Source: Selenomonadales bacterium
GTDB taxonomy: Bacteria > Bacillota > Negativicutes > Selenomonadales > Selenomonadaceae
Direction: 5' to 3'
NCBI GenBank assembly: GCA_900769615.1
Contig: CAAGHH010000001.1
Span: 6,061 to 70,060 of the forward strand
Length of the DNA: 64,000 nt
Positions within the stretch are counted from its first letter, which is position 1; each line of letters begins with the position of its first letter. Below the pieces are notes generated by a model. The model worked only from the letters and a program-made list of their open reading frames with translations. It made no database searches and had not been told where the DNA came from. Positions 10,487 through 20,403 of the stretch are shown piece by piece. The translations under genes were made by a program, and so were the position numbers.

Positions 10487-13400
10487 TTGTCAAAATTCTT
10501 TATTCATCGTCCGATATTTGCCATAGTTATATCTATTATCATAGTAATAGCTGGTGTTATTTCGGCGACGCAGCTGCCAATTGCGCAGTATCCGCAGATT
10601 TCACCGCCAACGATATCGGTAAGCACGTCTTATACCGGTGCGAATGCATCAGTTGTCAATGAGACGGTGGCGCAGATAATTGAACAGCAAGTTAACGGTA
10701 CGCAGGGCATGGATTATATGAGTTCCAACTCTGATGATACTGGTCGTTATAGCTTGTCGGTGGTTTTTGAGACTGGAACCGATGGCGATATGGACTCGGT
10801 TAAAGTTCAAAATAATGTAGCTACCGCTAATGCCAGCTTGCCAGGTGATGTTCAGACAGTAGGTGTAACCACTAGAAAATCATCTAATGACATGGCTTAC
10901 ATGCTTTCACTTTATTCGCCGGATGGCACGTATGAGCGTGAGTTTATGAAAAATTACGCTGATATCTATCTGTTGGATGAATTGAAGCGTGTATCAGGCG
11001 TTGGTGATGTACAGGTATTCGGTTCAGATTATGCTATGCGTATTTGGCTGAATCCAGATAAATTAGCGGAGCTGCACCTGACGGTAGCTGATGTAACTAA
11101 TGCCTTAAAAGAACAAAATGTTCAGGCACCAGCTGGTACAGTCGGTGCTATGCCGGTGGCCAATGGTCAGGAAAAACAATATACCGGTAAAATTTCCGGT
11201 CGTTTAACTACGCCAGAGGAGTTTGGCAATGTAATTTTACGCTCGGATAATGGTGAATTCGTTCACTTAAAGGATGTTGCTCGTATTGAAACAGGTGAAA
11301 AATCGAGCAATATTGTTTCCAAATTCAACGGTTATCCGTCAGTTGGTTTCGGTATCAACCTTACTAGTGATGCCAATGCTATGCAAACAGTAGCTGGTGT
11401 ACGCAAAGTATTAGAAAAAGCTGAGCCTAATCTGCCACCTAACCTTAAGATGTCGCAGATTTTTGACTCAACTAACTATATTAAAGCTTCCATCAAAGAG
11501 GTTTTGGAAACATTCGCTGAAGCCTTGTTACTAGTTGTATTGGTTATCTTTGTATTTTTGCAGAATTGGCGGGCTACGCTTATTCCGCTCCTGGCAGTAC
11601 CAGTATCTTTGATTGGTACGCTGGCTGCCTTCATTTTGCTTAATTTCTCTATTAATACGTTGACTCTCTTTGCTATGGTTTTGGCTATTGGTCTAGTCGT
11701 CGATGATGCTATCGTTGTTATCGAGAACGTTGAAAAGCATATGGAAGAGGGGCTGGAGCCAGTAGATGCTACTGAGCGAGCTATGGATGAGGTACAGGGA
11801 CCAGTTGTAGCTATTGCTTTTACGCTGGCAGCTGTGTTTGTACCGGTTGCTTTCCTCGGTGGTATGACCGGCGTTCTTTATAAACAGTTTGCTTTAACGA
11901 TAGCTGTTTCAATGGCATTGTCAGCTTTCGTGGCGTTGACCCTTACGCCAGCGCTTTGTGCTATGATCTTAAAGAAGCATGAGGCTAAAGACGATGAAGG
12001 CGTTCTTGGGCGCTTCTTTATGAAGTTTAACAATTGGTTTGAGCGGACCAAACGTGGTTATATGGGTGTAGTAGCTAAATTTATCCGCCGTACTAGATTA
12101 GCGATCCTGTTTATGATTATTGTCTGCATTGGTGCTTTGGCAGTGTTTAAGGTTTTGCCGTCTACGTTTGTACCTGATGAAGACCAGGGGTATCTATTTG
12201 CGGCTGTACAGCTTCCAGAAGGTACTTCGATGAACCGGACGCAGGAGACGATTGATAAGCTGGCTAAAGCCGCTAAAGAAAATGTCAAAGGCGTTGACAG
12301 TGTCATGGCTATTACTGGTTTTGATATATTATCAAGCGGTGCTAAGCCTAGTGCTGGTATGGTTGTTTTGGGTATGAAGGACTGGTCACAGCGCGAAGAT
12401 GCTGCGTCTTCTGTTAATACAGCTGTTCGCACTATGTTTGGTCTAGGGGCTAAAATGGCACCAGAGGCCACGGTTATTGCCATGAATCCGCCAGCCTTGC
12501 CTGGTTTGGGTTCGGTCGGTGGCTGGGCAATGCAGCTTCAGGATATGTCGGGGCATACTGATGAAGAACTAAATGAGATTACTTCCAAGATTTTGGCGGA
12601 GGCTAATCAGCGGCCAGAACTTCAGGGTGTACGTACGACTTTTAAAATGACGTCGCCAACCTATCAGTTTGAAATCGATCGTGAAAAGGTTAAGCAGCTC
12701 GGGGTTAAGCTTTCCGATGTATTTACCGCTATGCAGGTAAATTTCGGTGGTTCGCAGGTTAATGACTTTAACCAGTTCGGACGTACTTATAAAGTAGTAT
12801 TGCAATCTGATTTGCAATACCGCAGTGAAGCTGATGCCGCTAAGTTCGTCTTTGTTAAGAGCAGCAGCGGTACAATGGTACCACTTGATACGCTTTTGAA
12901 GCCAAAACTAAGCTCAGGACCGACCTCGATTTCGCGCTTTAATGGTGCAAGATCAATTACCATCCAGGGTAATGCTGGCAACGGTTATTCATCTGGTCAG
13001 GCAATGGCTGCTATTCGTGAGGTTGTTGAACATAACACTGACAGTGGCTTTAATATTGAATGGTCTGGTCAGAGCCGCGAAGAAGCAAAAGCTTCAAGCT
13101 CAACCTTGCAGGTATTGGCTTTGGCCTTGGTGTTCGTATTCCTTTGCTTAGCTGCCCTCTATGAGAGCTGGAGCGTGCCGTTTGCGGTACTGCTGACAGT
13201 ACCAACTGGTATTTTTGGTGCATTGGTTTCAGAGTATGGACTTTCCATACTGGAGGCTATGTTTGGTCATCAAAATGCTGGTTTGCAAAATAGTGTATAT
13301 ATGCAGATCGGTATAATAATGATAATCGGCTTAGCAGCTAAAAACGCTATTCTTATAGTAGAATTTGCTAAGGTTCGTGTTGACCGTGGCATGGAACCAG

Positions 13401-13675
13401 TAAAAGCTGCCATTGAAGCAGCAGGCTTACGCTTGCGTCCTATTCTGATGACGTCATTTGCGTTTATCATCGGCTGTCTGCCATTAGCAGTTGCTAGCGG
13501 TGCTGGTGCTGCAGCTCGTAACGGCATGGGCGTTGCAGTAGTAGGCGGTATGCTTTTTGCAACAGCTTTAGGAATATTCCTGATACCAGTATTCTTTGTT
13601 GCTACGGAATGGATTGCAGCAAAACTGGGTATCATGAAGCAAGCAAAGAAAAAGACTTCAAAAGATTATATGTAA
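10487..13675 (+). CDS. RND multidrug efflux permease (AcrB/HAE1 family)
   Basis: 1062 aa and about 12 TM segments with large periplasmic loops. Typical AcrB N-terminus FFIHRPIFA and GLVVDDAIVVIENV motif. Confidence 0.9.
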   Translation: MSKFFIHRPIFAIVISIIIVIAGVISATQLPIAQYPQISPPTISVSTSYTGANASVVNETVAQIIEQQVNGTQGMDYMSSNSDDTGRYSLSVVFETGTDGDMDSVKVQNNVATANASLPGDVQTVGVTTRKSSNDMAYMLSLYSPDGTYEREFMKNYADIYLLDELKRVSGVGDVQVFGSDYAMRIWLNPDKLAELHLTVADVTNALKEQNVQAPAGTVGAMPVANGQEKQYTGKISGRLTTPEEFGNVILRSDNGEFVHLKDVARIETGEKSSNIVSKFNGYPSVGFGINLTSDANAMQTVAGVRKVLEKAEPNLPPNLKMSQIFDSTNYIKASIKEVLETFAEALLLVVLVIFVFLQNWRATLIPLLAVPVSLIGTLAAFILLNFSINTLTLFAMVLAIGLVVDDAIVVIENVEKHMEEGLEPVDATERAMDEVQGPVVAIAFTLAAVFVPVAFLGGMTGVLYKQFALTIAVSMALSAFVALTLTPALCAMILKKHEAKDDEGVLGRFFMKFNNWFERTKRGYMGVVAKFIRRTRLAILFMIIVCIGALAVFKVLPSTFVPDEDQGYLFAAVQLPEGTSMNRTQETIDKLAKAAKENVKGVDSVMAITGFDILSSGAKPSAGMVVLGMKDWSQREDAASSVNTAVRTMFGLGAKMAPEATVIAMNPPALPGLGSVGGWAMQLQDMSGHTDEELNEITSKILAEANQRPELQGVRTTFKMTSPTYQFEIDREKVKQLGVKLSDVFTAMQVNFGGSQVNDFNQFGRTYKVVLQSDLQYRSEADAAKFVFVKSSSGTMVPLDTLLKPKLSSGPTSISRFNGARSITIQGNAGNGYSSGQAMAAIREVVEHNTDSGFNIEWSGQSREEAKASSSTLQVLALALVFVFLCLAALYESWSVPFAVLLTVPTGIFGALVSEYGLSILEAMFGHQNAGLQNSVYMQIGIIMIIGLAAKNAILIVEFAKVRVDRGMEPVKAAIEAAGLRLRPILMTSFAFIIGCLPLAVASGAGAAARNGMGVAVVGGMLFATALGIFLIPVFFVATEWIAAKLGIMKQAKKKTSKDYM

Positions 13676-13688
13676 TTGGAAGTTTACA

Positions 13689-13728
13689 GATAAGCCTTTC
13701 CTTTTTAGGGAGGGCTTATCTTTTAGTT
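13689..13728 (+). terminator. Rho-independent terminator after the RND pump
   Basis: Hairpin agataagcc...ggcttatct followed by a T-run. Confidence 0.6.
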
Positions 13729-13819
13729 ATAAGCTGATAAAATAACTTGTAGAAAGAACAATAGCTTTATATAATAATAGTTAGACAAATTGCCAATTAC
13801 GAAAGGGGCGGATTTTATA

Positions 13820-14863
13820 ATGGCAACGGATAAAAAAGAAGCCTTGGCTAATGCCTTGAAACAGATTGAAAAAGATTTCGGCAAAGGTTCAATCATGCGT
13901 TTAGGCGATGCTAAGGCTAATATGAATGTTGAGGTAATACCAACTGGTATTTTGCCACTGGATATTGCCTTGGGGGTAGGCGGTGTACCGCGTGGCCGTA
14001 TCATTGAAGTTTATGGACCAGAGTCATCAGGTAAAACCACCGTTGCTCTGCATATGATTGCTGAAGCGCAAAAGGCTGGCGGCATTGCTGCATTTATTGA
14101 TGCTGAACATGCCTTAGATCCAGTTTATGCGGAGAAACTTGGTGTTGATGTTGATGCACTGCTTATTTCGCAGCCAGATACGGGTGAACAGGCCTTAGAT
14201 ATAGTTGATGCTTTGGTACGCAGTGGAGCGATAGATATTATTGTTGTTGACTCGGTAGCAGCTTTGGTACCAAAACAGGAAATAGAAGGCGATATGGGCG
14301 ATTCCCATGTTGGTCTGCATGCAAGACTTATGAGTCAGGCAATGCGCAAGCTCACGGGCGTTATCAGCAAGTCACAGACAGTTGCGGTATTTATCAATCA
14401 GATTCGTGAAAAAGTTGGTGTGATGTTCGGCAATCCGGAGACAACTACCGGTGGCCGGGCTTTAAAATTCTATTCTTCAGTTCGCTTAGATGTCCGCAAA
14501 ATTGACAAAATAACACAGGGGCAGGAAATCATCGGCAGCCGTACGCGGATAAAAGTGGTAAAAAATAAAGTAGCACCGCCATTTAAAGTGGCTGAATTTG
14601 ATATTATGTACGGTGAAGGCGTATCAAAACTTTCAAGCCTTATTGATATGGGGGTTGAAATGGATATCGTTGATAAGAGCGGCGCCTGGTTTGCCTATGA
14701 GGGGAACCGCTTAGGACAGGGCAAGGAAAATGCTAAGCAGTCACTTCGTGAGCAGCCAGAACTTTGTCAGGAAATAGAAGCTAAGATAAGAGCTAAATTG
14801 TTAGGTGAGCCTGAAGGCGAACAAAAAGCTGAAAACACGGAACAAGCAACTGAGCAGGAGTAA
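13820..14863 (+). CDS. recA: Recombinase A
   Basis: Walker [10 protein letters not shown] and the typical N-terminus [30 protein letters not shown]. The start is taken at ATG 13820, where the track gives 13790. Confidence 0.95.
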   Translation: MATDKKEALANALKQIEKDFGKGSIMRLGDAKANMNVEVIPTGILPLDIALGVGGVPRGRIIEVYGPESSGKTTVALHMIAEAQKAGGIAAFIDAEHALDPVYAEKLGVDVDALLISQPDTGEQALDIVDALVRSGAIDIIVVDSVAALVPKQEIEGDMGDSHVGLHARLMSQAMRKLTGVISKSQTVAVFINQIREKVGVMFGNPETTTGGRALKFYSSVRLDVRKIDKITQGQEIIGSRTRIKVVKNKVAPPFKVAEFDIMYGEGVSKLSSLIDMGVEMDIVDKSGAWFAYEGNRLGQGKENAKQSLREQPELCQEIEAKIRAKLLGEPEGEQKAENTEQATEQE

Positions 14864-14868
14864 ATTAA

Positions 14869-15366
14869 ATGTGGTATCAGCAAACAAATTTTGATGAAGC
14901 AAATCAAAAAAAAGCAGCTAAGCCTGCTAAAACAGCCCTGGTAGCAGCGGTAGATATTTTAGCTCGGCAAGAGCATAGCGAAAATAAGTTGCGGGAAAAA
15001 TTAATCCGCAAAGGTTATGCCGAAGCAGAAATAAATCAGGCTATAGACCGTTTGCAGGAAAAGCATTATTTGTGTGATGAAGATGCTTGCGCACGTCAGT
15101 TTGAGTATCTTTATCAGGAAAGCAGTAAATCAGTCCGGCAAATTTGTGTAAAGCTGATGCAGCGAGGATTTTCCTCAGCGCTGGTAAAATCGTGTGTGCC
15201 AGCTGATACGTTTGAACGGGAAAAGAAGGCTGCTTTAAGAGTATTGCAATTAAAATATAAACCCGCAGCTGATAAGCAGAAATTAATGGCTAGTCTCTAT
15301 CGCAAGGGATATGATTCATCAGCTATCAGGGCAGCTGTTACTGAATTTATTAATGCTGAACAATAA
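14869..15366 (+). CDS. recX: RecA regulator RecX
   Basis: 165-aa helical protein immediately downstream of recA, with the usual synteny and repeat-like helical segments. Confidence 0.65.
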   Translation: MWYQQTNFDEANQKKAAKPAKTALVAAVDILARQEHSENKLREKLIRKGYAEAEINQAIDRLQEKHYLCDEDACARQFEYLYQESSKSVRQICVKLMQRGFSSALVKSCVPADTFEREKKAALRVLQLKYKPAADKQKLMASLYRKGYDSSAIRAAVTEFINAEQ

Positions 15367-15368
15367 AA

Positions 15369-15403
15369 ATTGCTAGCCTCTCTTAAATAGGGGGGCTAGC
15401 TTT
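15369..15403 (+). terminator. Rho-independent terminator after recX
   Basis: Hairpin gctagcctctc...ggggggctagc followed by tttt. Confidence 0.65.
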
Positions 15404-15474
15404 TGGTTAGCTTTTAAATTGATATGTGGTATGGTATAATCGGTTAAAAGCTAAGTGAATTTTATGGATTGTAG

Positions 15475-17052
15475 ATGAGTTTTGAGGAGGAAAATAATTT
15501 GAACAAGCCTGCCAATGAAATGATTCTGGTATTGGATTTTGGTGGTCAGTATAACCAGCTGATTGCTCGCCGTGTTCGTGAAAACCATGTTTACTGTGAG
15601 GTTCATCCGCATACGCTGAGTCTCGAGAAAATAAAGGCAATGGCGCCTAAGGGAATTATCCTTACTGGCGGTCCTAATAGTGTTTATAAGGCTGATTCGG
15701 CTAGTTGCAGTGCCGATTTATTTAAATTGGGTATTCCTGTGATGGGAATATGTTATGGCTCGCAGCTGATGGCGCATCTCTTAGGGGGGAAAGTCGAAAC
15801 TGCTCCAACCAGTGAATATGGCAAGACTGAGGTAACAGTAACAGCTAGTGATTCGAAATTGTTTCAGGATGTTGATACGAAAACAATTTGCTGGATGAGT
15901 CATACGGATTATATTGCGGCTGCGCCAGCAGGGTTTACAGTAACTGCTGCAACACCAGTATGTCCGGTAGCAGCTATGGAAAATGAAGCTGAAAATTTAT
16001 ATGCAACACAGTTTCATCCGGAAGTCATGCACACTGCTCAAGGCAAGACAATGCTGAAAAATTTCGTCTATAATGTTTGCGGCTGTGCTGGCGATTGGAA
16101 AATGGATTCCTTTGTCAAGACAACTATTGCTGAGCTCAAAGCAAAAATTGGCGATGGCAAGGCACTTTGTGCCCTTTCAGGCGGAGTTGATTCCTCAGTA
16201 GCCGCTGTTTTATTGTCCAAGGCCATTGGCAAGCAGCTTACCTGCGTATTTGTTGATCATGGTCTTTTGCGTAAAAATGAAGGCGATGAGGTTGAAGCTG
16301 TTTTTGGTCCGGATGGTCCCTATAATGTTAATTTCATTCGGGTGAATGCTAAAGATCGTTTTTATGCTAAACTGAAAGGGGTAACGGAACCAGAACAAAA
16401 GCGTAAAATCATCGGCGAAGAATTTATTCGTGTATTTGAAGAAGAAGCCAAGAAAATCGGCGCGGTTGATTATCTGGTACAGGGGACGATTTATCCTGAC
16501 GTTATTGAAAGTGGTCTGGGTAAATCCGCAGTTATCAAGAGTCATCATAATGTTGGCGGTCTTCCTGATTACGTTGACTTTAAAGAAATCGTTGAGCCGT
16601 TGCGTCTGCTATTTAAAGACGAAGTTAGAGCTGCTGGGCGTGAGCTGGGCATACCAGAATATCTCGTATCAAGGCAGCCGTTCCCAGGTCCAGGTCTTGG
16701 TATCAGGATCATTGGTGAAGTAACTGAAGAAAAAGTAAAAATTGTGCAGGACGCTGATGCAATTTATCGGGAAGAAGTAGCTAAAGCCGGTGCTGACAAA
16801 AACCTTGGCCAGTATTTTGCTGCTCTTACCAATATGCGCTCAGTTGGAGTTATGGGCGATGGTCGTACTTATGATTATGCTATTGCTTTAAGAGCAGTAA
16901 TGACCAGCGACTTTATGACAGCTGAAAGCGCACAGCTTCCTTGGGAAGTATTGCAAAAAACTACCAGTCGTATTGTAAATGAAGTAAAAGGCGTCAATCG
17001 AGTAATGTATGATTGCACCGGAAAACCGCCAGCAACTATTGAGTTTGAATAA
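15475..17052 (+). CDS. guaA: GMP synthase (glutamine-hydrolysing)
   Basis: Has a GATase N-terminus ([20 protein letters not shown]) and the PP-loop SGGVDSS. The C-terminus is ...ATIEFE. Confidence 0.95.
   Translation: MSFEEENNLNKPANEMILVLDFGGQYNQLIARRVRENHVYCEVHPHTLSLEKIKAMAPKGIILTGGPNSVYKADSASCSADLFKLGIPVMGICYGSQLMAHLLGGKVETAPTSEYGKTEVTVTASDSKLFQDVDTKTICWMSHTDYIAAAPAGFTVTAATPVCPVAAMENEAENLYATQFHPEVMHTAQGKTMLKNFVYNVCGCAGDWKMDSFVKTTIAELKAKIGDGKALCALSGGVDSSVAAVLLSKAIGKQLTCVFVDHGLLRKNEGDEVEAVFGPDGPYNVNFIRVNAKDRFYAKLKGVTEPEQKRKIIGEEFIRVFEEEAKKIGAVDYLVQGTIYPDVIESGLGKSAVIKSHHNVGGLPDYVDFKEIVEPLRLLFKDEVRAAGRELGIPEYLVSRQPFPGPGLGIRIIGEVTEEKVKIVQDADAIYREEVAKAGADKNLGQYFAALTNMRSVGVMGDGRTYDYAIALRAVMTSDFMTAESAQLPWEVLQKTTSRIVNEVKGVNRVMYDCTGKPPATIEFE
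17041..17052 (+). repeat. Left copy of an imperfect direct repeat (GAGTTTGAATAA), formed by the last 12 nt of guaA; candidate attL core
   Basis: It matches 24475-24486 (GAGTTTGAGTAG) at 10 of 12 positions. Confidence 0.45.
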
Positions 17053-17195
17053 TCCACACAATCATAAGATACCAGTATTTATGCTGGTTACAAGCAAATT
17101 TGCTTAGTGATTGGCAACAAAATGGCAACATTTTACGATTATTCAAGAGATAAAAATTTTATTTCATAACGTATATAAAGAAACCTTACTGATTT

Positions 17196-17747
17196 TCAGA
17201 AGTAAAAAACTGAATATCGGTAAGGTTTTTCTTTTTTAGTCAATTCTTTTACGAGGTAATCACTCAGTTCCTGAGATGGTACCTTGGCACGTTTCTGGTA
17301 AGTATCCAGTTCCGGATACTTATATCTCCATTCATCATATTCTTCCTTGCTGATTTCACCGTTTTCCAGTTTGTCAGCTTGTTCCATCCATGCACGAAAC
17401 ATTTCATCGACAGATGAGCCGGGAGTAGATATGGAAGAGTCAAGGCAGAGATGAGGTTGTCCATCTACATTTTTTACCTTCAGACCATACATATCTTCCA
17501 GTGCAAATAGTGTATGCATCAGACCTATGTGAGTATCAATATCTGGAACTGTTAAGGCATGAGTATTGATATCAAAGATCTGAGACATTTGTTTTACAAG
17601 ATCAATCTTAGGAACTCTGGCTTCAGATTCATACTGAGCCATGTGGACATCTGATGTTTTTCCTTTGAATCACAGTTGTTCTCCCAGTTGCTTTTGTGTC
17701 ATGCCTTTGCGGTTGCGAAAAAATTTGATACGTTGTCCGATTGCCAT
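17196..17747 (-). pseudogene. XRE-family HTH regulator interrupted by an in-frame TGA
   Basis: An HTH segment (MAIGQRIKFFRNRKGMTQKQLGEQL) runs from 17747 and continues in the same frame, through the TGA at 17670-17672, into the 148-aa track ORF (..FKGKTSDVHMAQYESEARVPKIDL..). Confidence 0.6.
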
Positions 17748-17843
17748 TCTTGTCGAAATCACTTGACTTAAATAAATATGTTTAGTGTTATGCAAATGTA
17801 GCAACCTAAACAAATTGCGTTAAGAAGAAAGGGGAGATGCGAT

Positions 17844-19050
17844 GTGACGAACAAGACCAATTATCACATTCATTTGATATTTGCAGAACGTAAGCTATTG
17901 GATGAACCAATCATTAAGATTGCCAGCAGAAATATGTTTTACAATAAAAATGGAAAACATGTCTGAACCAAGAAAGAGATATTGGGAGAAGATGGCGAGA
18001 TACGATAAGGTTGCCAAATTTTGAAAAAAGTCGAAGTCTATGAAAAGAAGCTGTTTACTGCGAAAGATGAATGTTTCAAGAATAATTCATTTCTGGATGA
18101 GGTAAAGCATTCTTATACAGATTTAATCAATATTTATGTGCAGGACGAGAAATAGAAACTACAGGTATTTGAACGTGGCAGTGTTTATCTTCCAACAAAA
18201 AAAATCGGAAAAAATAATCCGAAGGCACAAGAAATAGAAGCGGATAACCAAAAACGCCGGGAATGGAACAGAGCTGTTGATATGGCATTGATTAGTGGAG
18301 TGCCAGAACCGAAGATAATGGAAGTGAAGCGGAAAGAAATCATGGAGCCGATCAGGGAATCAATTGCCCGGCGTGGAAACAGACCACGATTATTTTCCAG
18401 AGTTGTAACAGTGGCGGTTGAGGCATTGGAGTTTTTGATAGCAAGTGTGCTGTTTAAAAAAACCAGGAAAGTGCCAAAACAGACAGAGCGAACGGAAACT
18501 GAACACCCAGAGCATGTTGCTGAAAATAGTATGGCATGTATGGCAACAGTCAAAGCAAAAAAAGAAGAAAAGTCAGAACAGGAACAACCTAAAATGACGA
18601 GGCTTGCATCAAAGTATCCGAAACTATTTAAAGTGAATAAAGAACTGGAAGATCAAAACGGTGCAATTCAACAGAAACAAAAACAGCTTTCAGCAAAGAA
18701 GAAAGAATTGTCATAGGTCAAGGGATGGTTTAAAGGAAGAAAGAAAAAAGAATTGCAGAAAGAAATTGATGAACTGAAAAGCCAGATTAGATATATGAAA
18801 GATTACCTTCCAAGGATTGTATAGAAAATCGGCTATAGAAGTGTACAGGATTTTTTAAAGGATTTTAAGGCTTCCCAAACTGAGTATAGCCAGTATCGAA
18901 CTGCAATAGAAAAATGGAAGAAAGAAACAGGTAAAGAGCCAGTAGCACATGGTATTAGGGCAAAACTGGCAGAAAAGAAACAAGAAATACAGAATGAACA
19001 GAAAAATAAACAGCATACCCGTCAGAATAAAGACCGGGTAGCAAGATAGG
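17844..19050 (+). pseudogene. Fragmented conjugative-element gene(s), possibly relaxase or Mob-like
   Basis: The first piece starts at GTG 17844 (TNKTNYHIHLIFAERKLLDEP.., with a His-hydrophobic-His motif) and stops after 40 codons. Its continuation lies in other frames (..KKEILGEDGEIR / DKVAKF / KVEVYEKKLFTAKDECFKNNSFLDEVKH..). A K/E-rich coiled-coil tail is split over at least three frames. Confidence 0.35.
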
Positions 19051-19059
19051 AGGACAATC

Positions 19060-19437
19060 ATGGAGAAACACATTATGGGAGTAAATGGAATTAGCTATAC
19101 TTTAGGAGAGGACGGTCTGTATTACCCAGACCTGTACCTCCCGGAAGAGATAGAGTATCCGATTGGAAAGTATGGAATGTTGAGAAAAACTTACTTGAAA
19201 GAACATCGGAAAGGATTATATCTGGAACTGGTACTTGCCGGGAAGTTAAATGAGCATTTGCATCAAATTGATGAGGAGTGTAATCAGATGATGGACAGAT
19301 TGGTGGAACAGATGAAAGAAAGGCAAGGAGTGACAGAAGAACTGAAGATGCAGGATCAGATGTCATGGATTGGGGAAATGAATAATATCCGGGCTTGTGC
19401 GGAGGAGATTGTATTGAAGAAAATCGTATATAGATAA
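19060..19437 (+). CDS. tnpV: TnpV-like transposon-encoded protein
   Basis: 125 aa with an N-terminus (ISYTLGEDGLYYPDLYLPEE) typical of the TnpV family from Clostridial transposons. An RBS AGGAGG lies upstream. Confidence 0.6.
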   Translation: MEKHIMGVNGISYTLGEDGLYYPDLYLPEEIEYPIGKYGMLRKTYLKEHRKGLYLELVLAGKLNEHLHQIDEECNQMMDRLVEQMKERQGVTEELKMQDQMSWIGEMNNIRACAEEIVLKKIVYR

Positions 19438-19440
19438 ATG

Positions 19441-19475
19441 GAAAAGGTGGTTATAGTTGCCACCTTTTTTAACTG
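19441..19475 (+). terminator. Rho-independent terminator after tnpV
   Basis: Hairpin aaggtgg..ccacctt followed by tttttt. Confidence 0.6.
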
Positions 19476-19532
19476 TAGGTGGAGCATGTTTGTGAAAATA
19501 GGATGGAGCAATTCTCTCAATTATGATAAAAT

Positions 19533-20345
19533 TTGAATAGAACTATGTCTGCGTTGGATATGATTCTTGAGCTTATAAAGAATGTGAAGATTGGAATTAT
19601 GAGAAATATGGAAAAGAAAAAAATGACGCAAGAAGATATTATGAAATTATTAGACTCTTGCTATGAAAAATGTTTAAATGGAATACCGATGGTCAGTCCC
19701 GGTGTTGAAGATATGGCAAATGATTATTTGTCAAAGCACGAGACAAAGGAAAAAGCTTGTAGGGATATGCTGAAAAATCAAATTGCCAAATGTACAACAT
19801 CAGGAGTTGTAACAGGACTTGGTGGCTTTATAACAATGCCAGTTGCGATACCTGCGAATATCGAAAGTGTAATTTATGTGCAAATGAGGATGATAGCCTG
19901 CACAGCATACATGGCAGATTATGATTTGAATAGTGATCAGACGTAAACTTTTGTATATGCTTGTCTTGCAGGAGTGTCAGTGAATAGTTTGTTGAAACAG
20001 GCAGGAATCAAATTTGGCGTAAAATTTGCAAATGGTGTTATAAAAAAGATACCAGGGAAGGTCCTGACAAAGATTAATCAGAAGGTTGGCTTCAGATTTA
20101 TTACGAAATTTGGTTCAAAAGGAATCGTAAATCTTGGAAAGATGTTACCAGGAGTAGGTACTATTGTAGGTGGCGGATTGGATTTGGTGGAAACAAAGGT
20201 TATCGCAGATCGCGCATATAAATGGTTTATGACAGGAGATTTTTCTGTAAAAGGTGAGAGTAACGACGATGTTATAGATATAGATGATAATGATTATAAT
20301 ACAACGGGAATAAAAAAACAGAACGTATGTTTGAAAGAACGTTGA
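19533..20345 (+). pseudogene. EcsC-family protein split by an in-frame TAA at 19944-19946
   Basis: Track ORFs 19533-19946 and 19974-20345 are in the same frame. The first ends in a Gly-rich block (GLGGFITMPVAIPANIES..QMRMIACTAYM). The second carries an EcsC C-terminal-like region (GVGTIVGGGLDLVETKVIADRAYKWF). Together they total about 260 aa, the usual EcsC length. Confidence 0.55.
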
Positions 20346-20403
20346 AAAAGGGTCTGTGCTATAGCATAATAACAGAAATAGAAGGCTTGTAGGTAGGTGG
20401 AAT

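Noticed and set aside
12058-12483. 141-aa antisense ORF inside the acrB-like gene
   Set aside because: It overlaps a strongly supported RND permease on the opposite strand. It is a typical antisense artefact.
17180-17235. Hairpin (aaaccttac..gtaaggttt plus T-run) as a guaA terminator
   Set aside because: It overlaps the 3' coding end of the minus-strand XRE gene and has a 32-nt loop. The displaced terminator at 24497-24538 is the better candidate for the original guaA terminator.
18282-18716. 144-aa track ORF treated as an independent gene
   Set aside because: Its K/E-rich coiled-coil sequence continues in neighbouring frames upstream and downstream. It is better read as a fragment of the decayed relaxase-like gene than as a stand-alone CDS.
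17670-19946. Alternative genetic code, selenocysteine or programmed readthrough as the explanation for the in-frame TGA and TAA
   Set aside because: All core genes in the window use TGA, TAA and TAG as ordinary stops, and no SECIS-like hairpin is evident. Pseudogenisation or sequencing error is more parsimonious.
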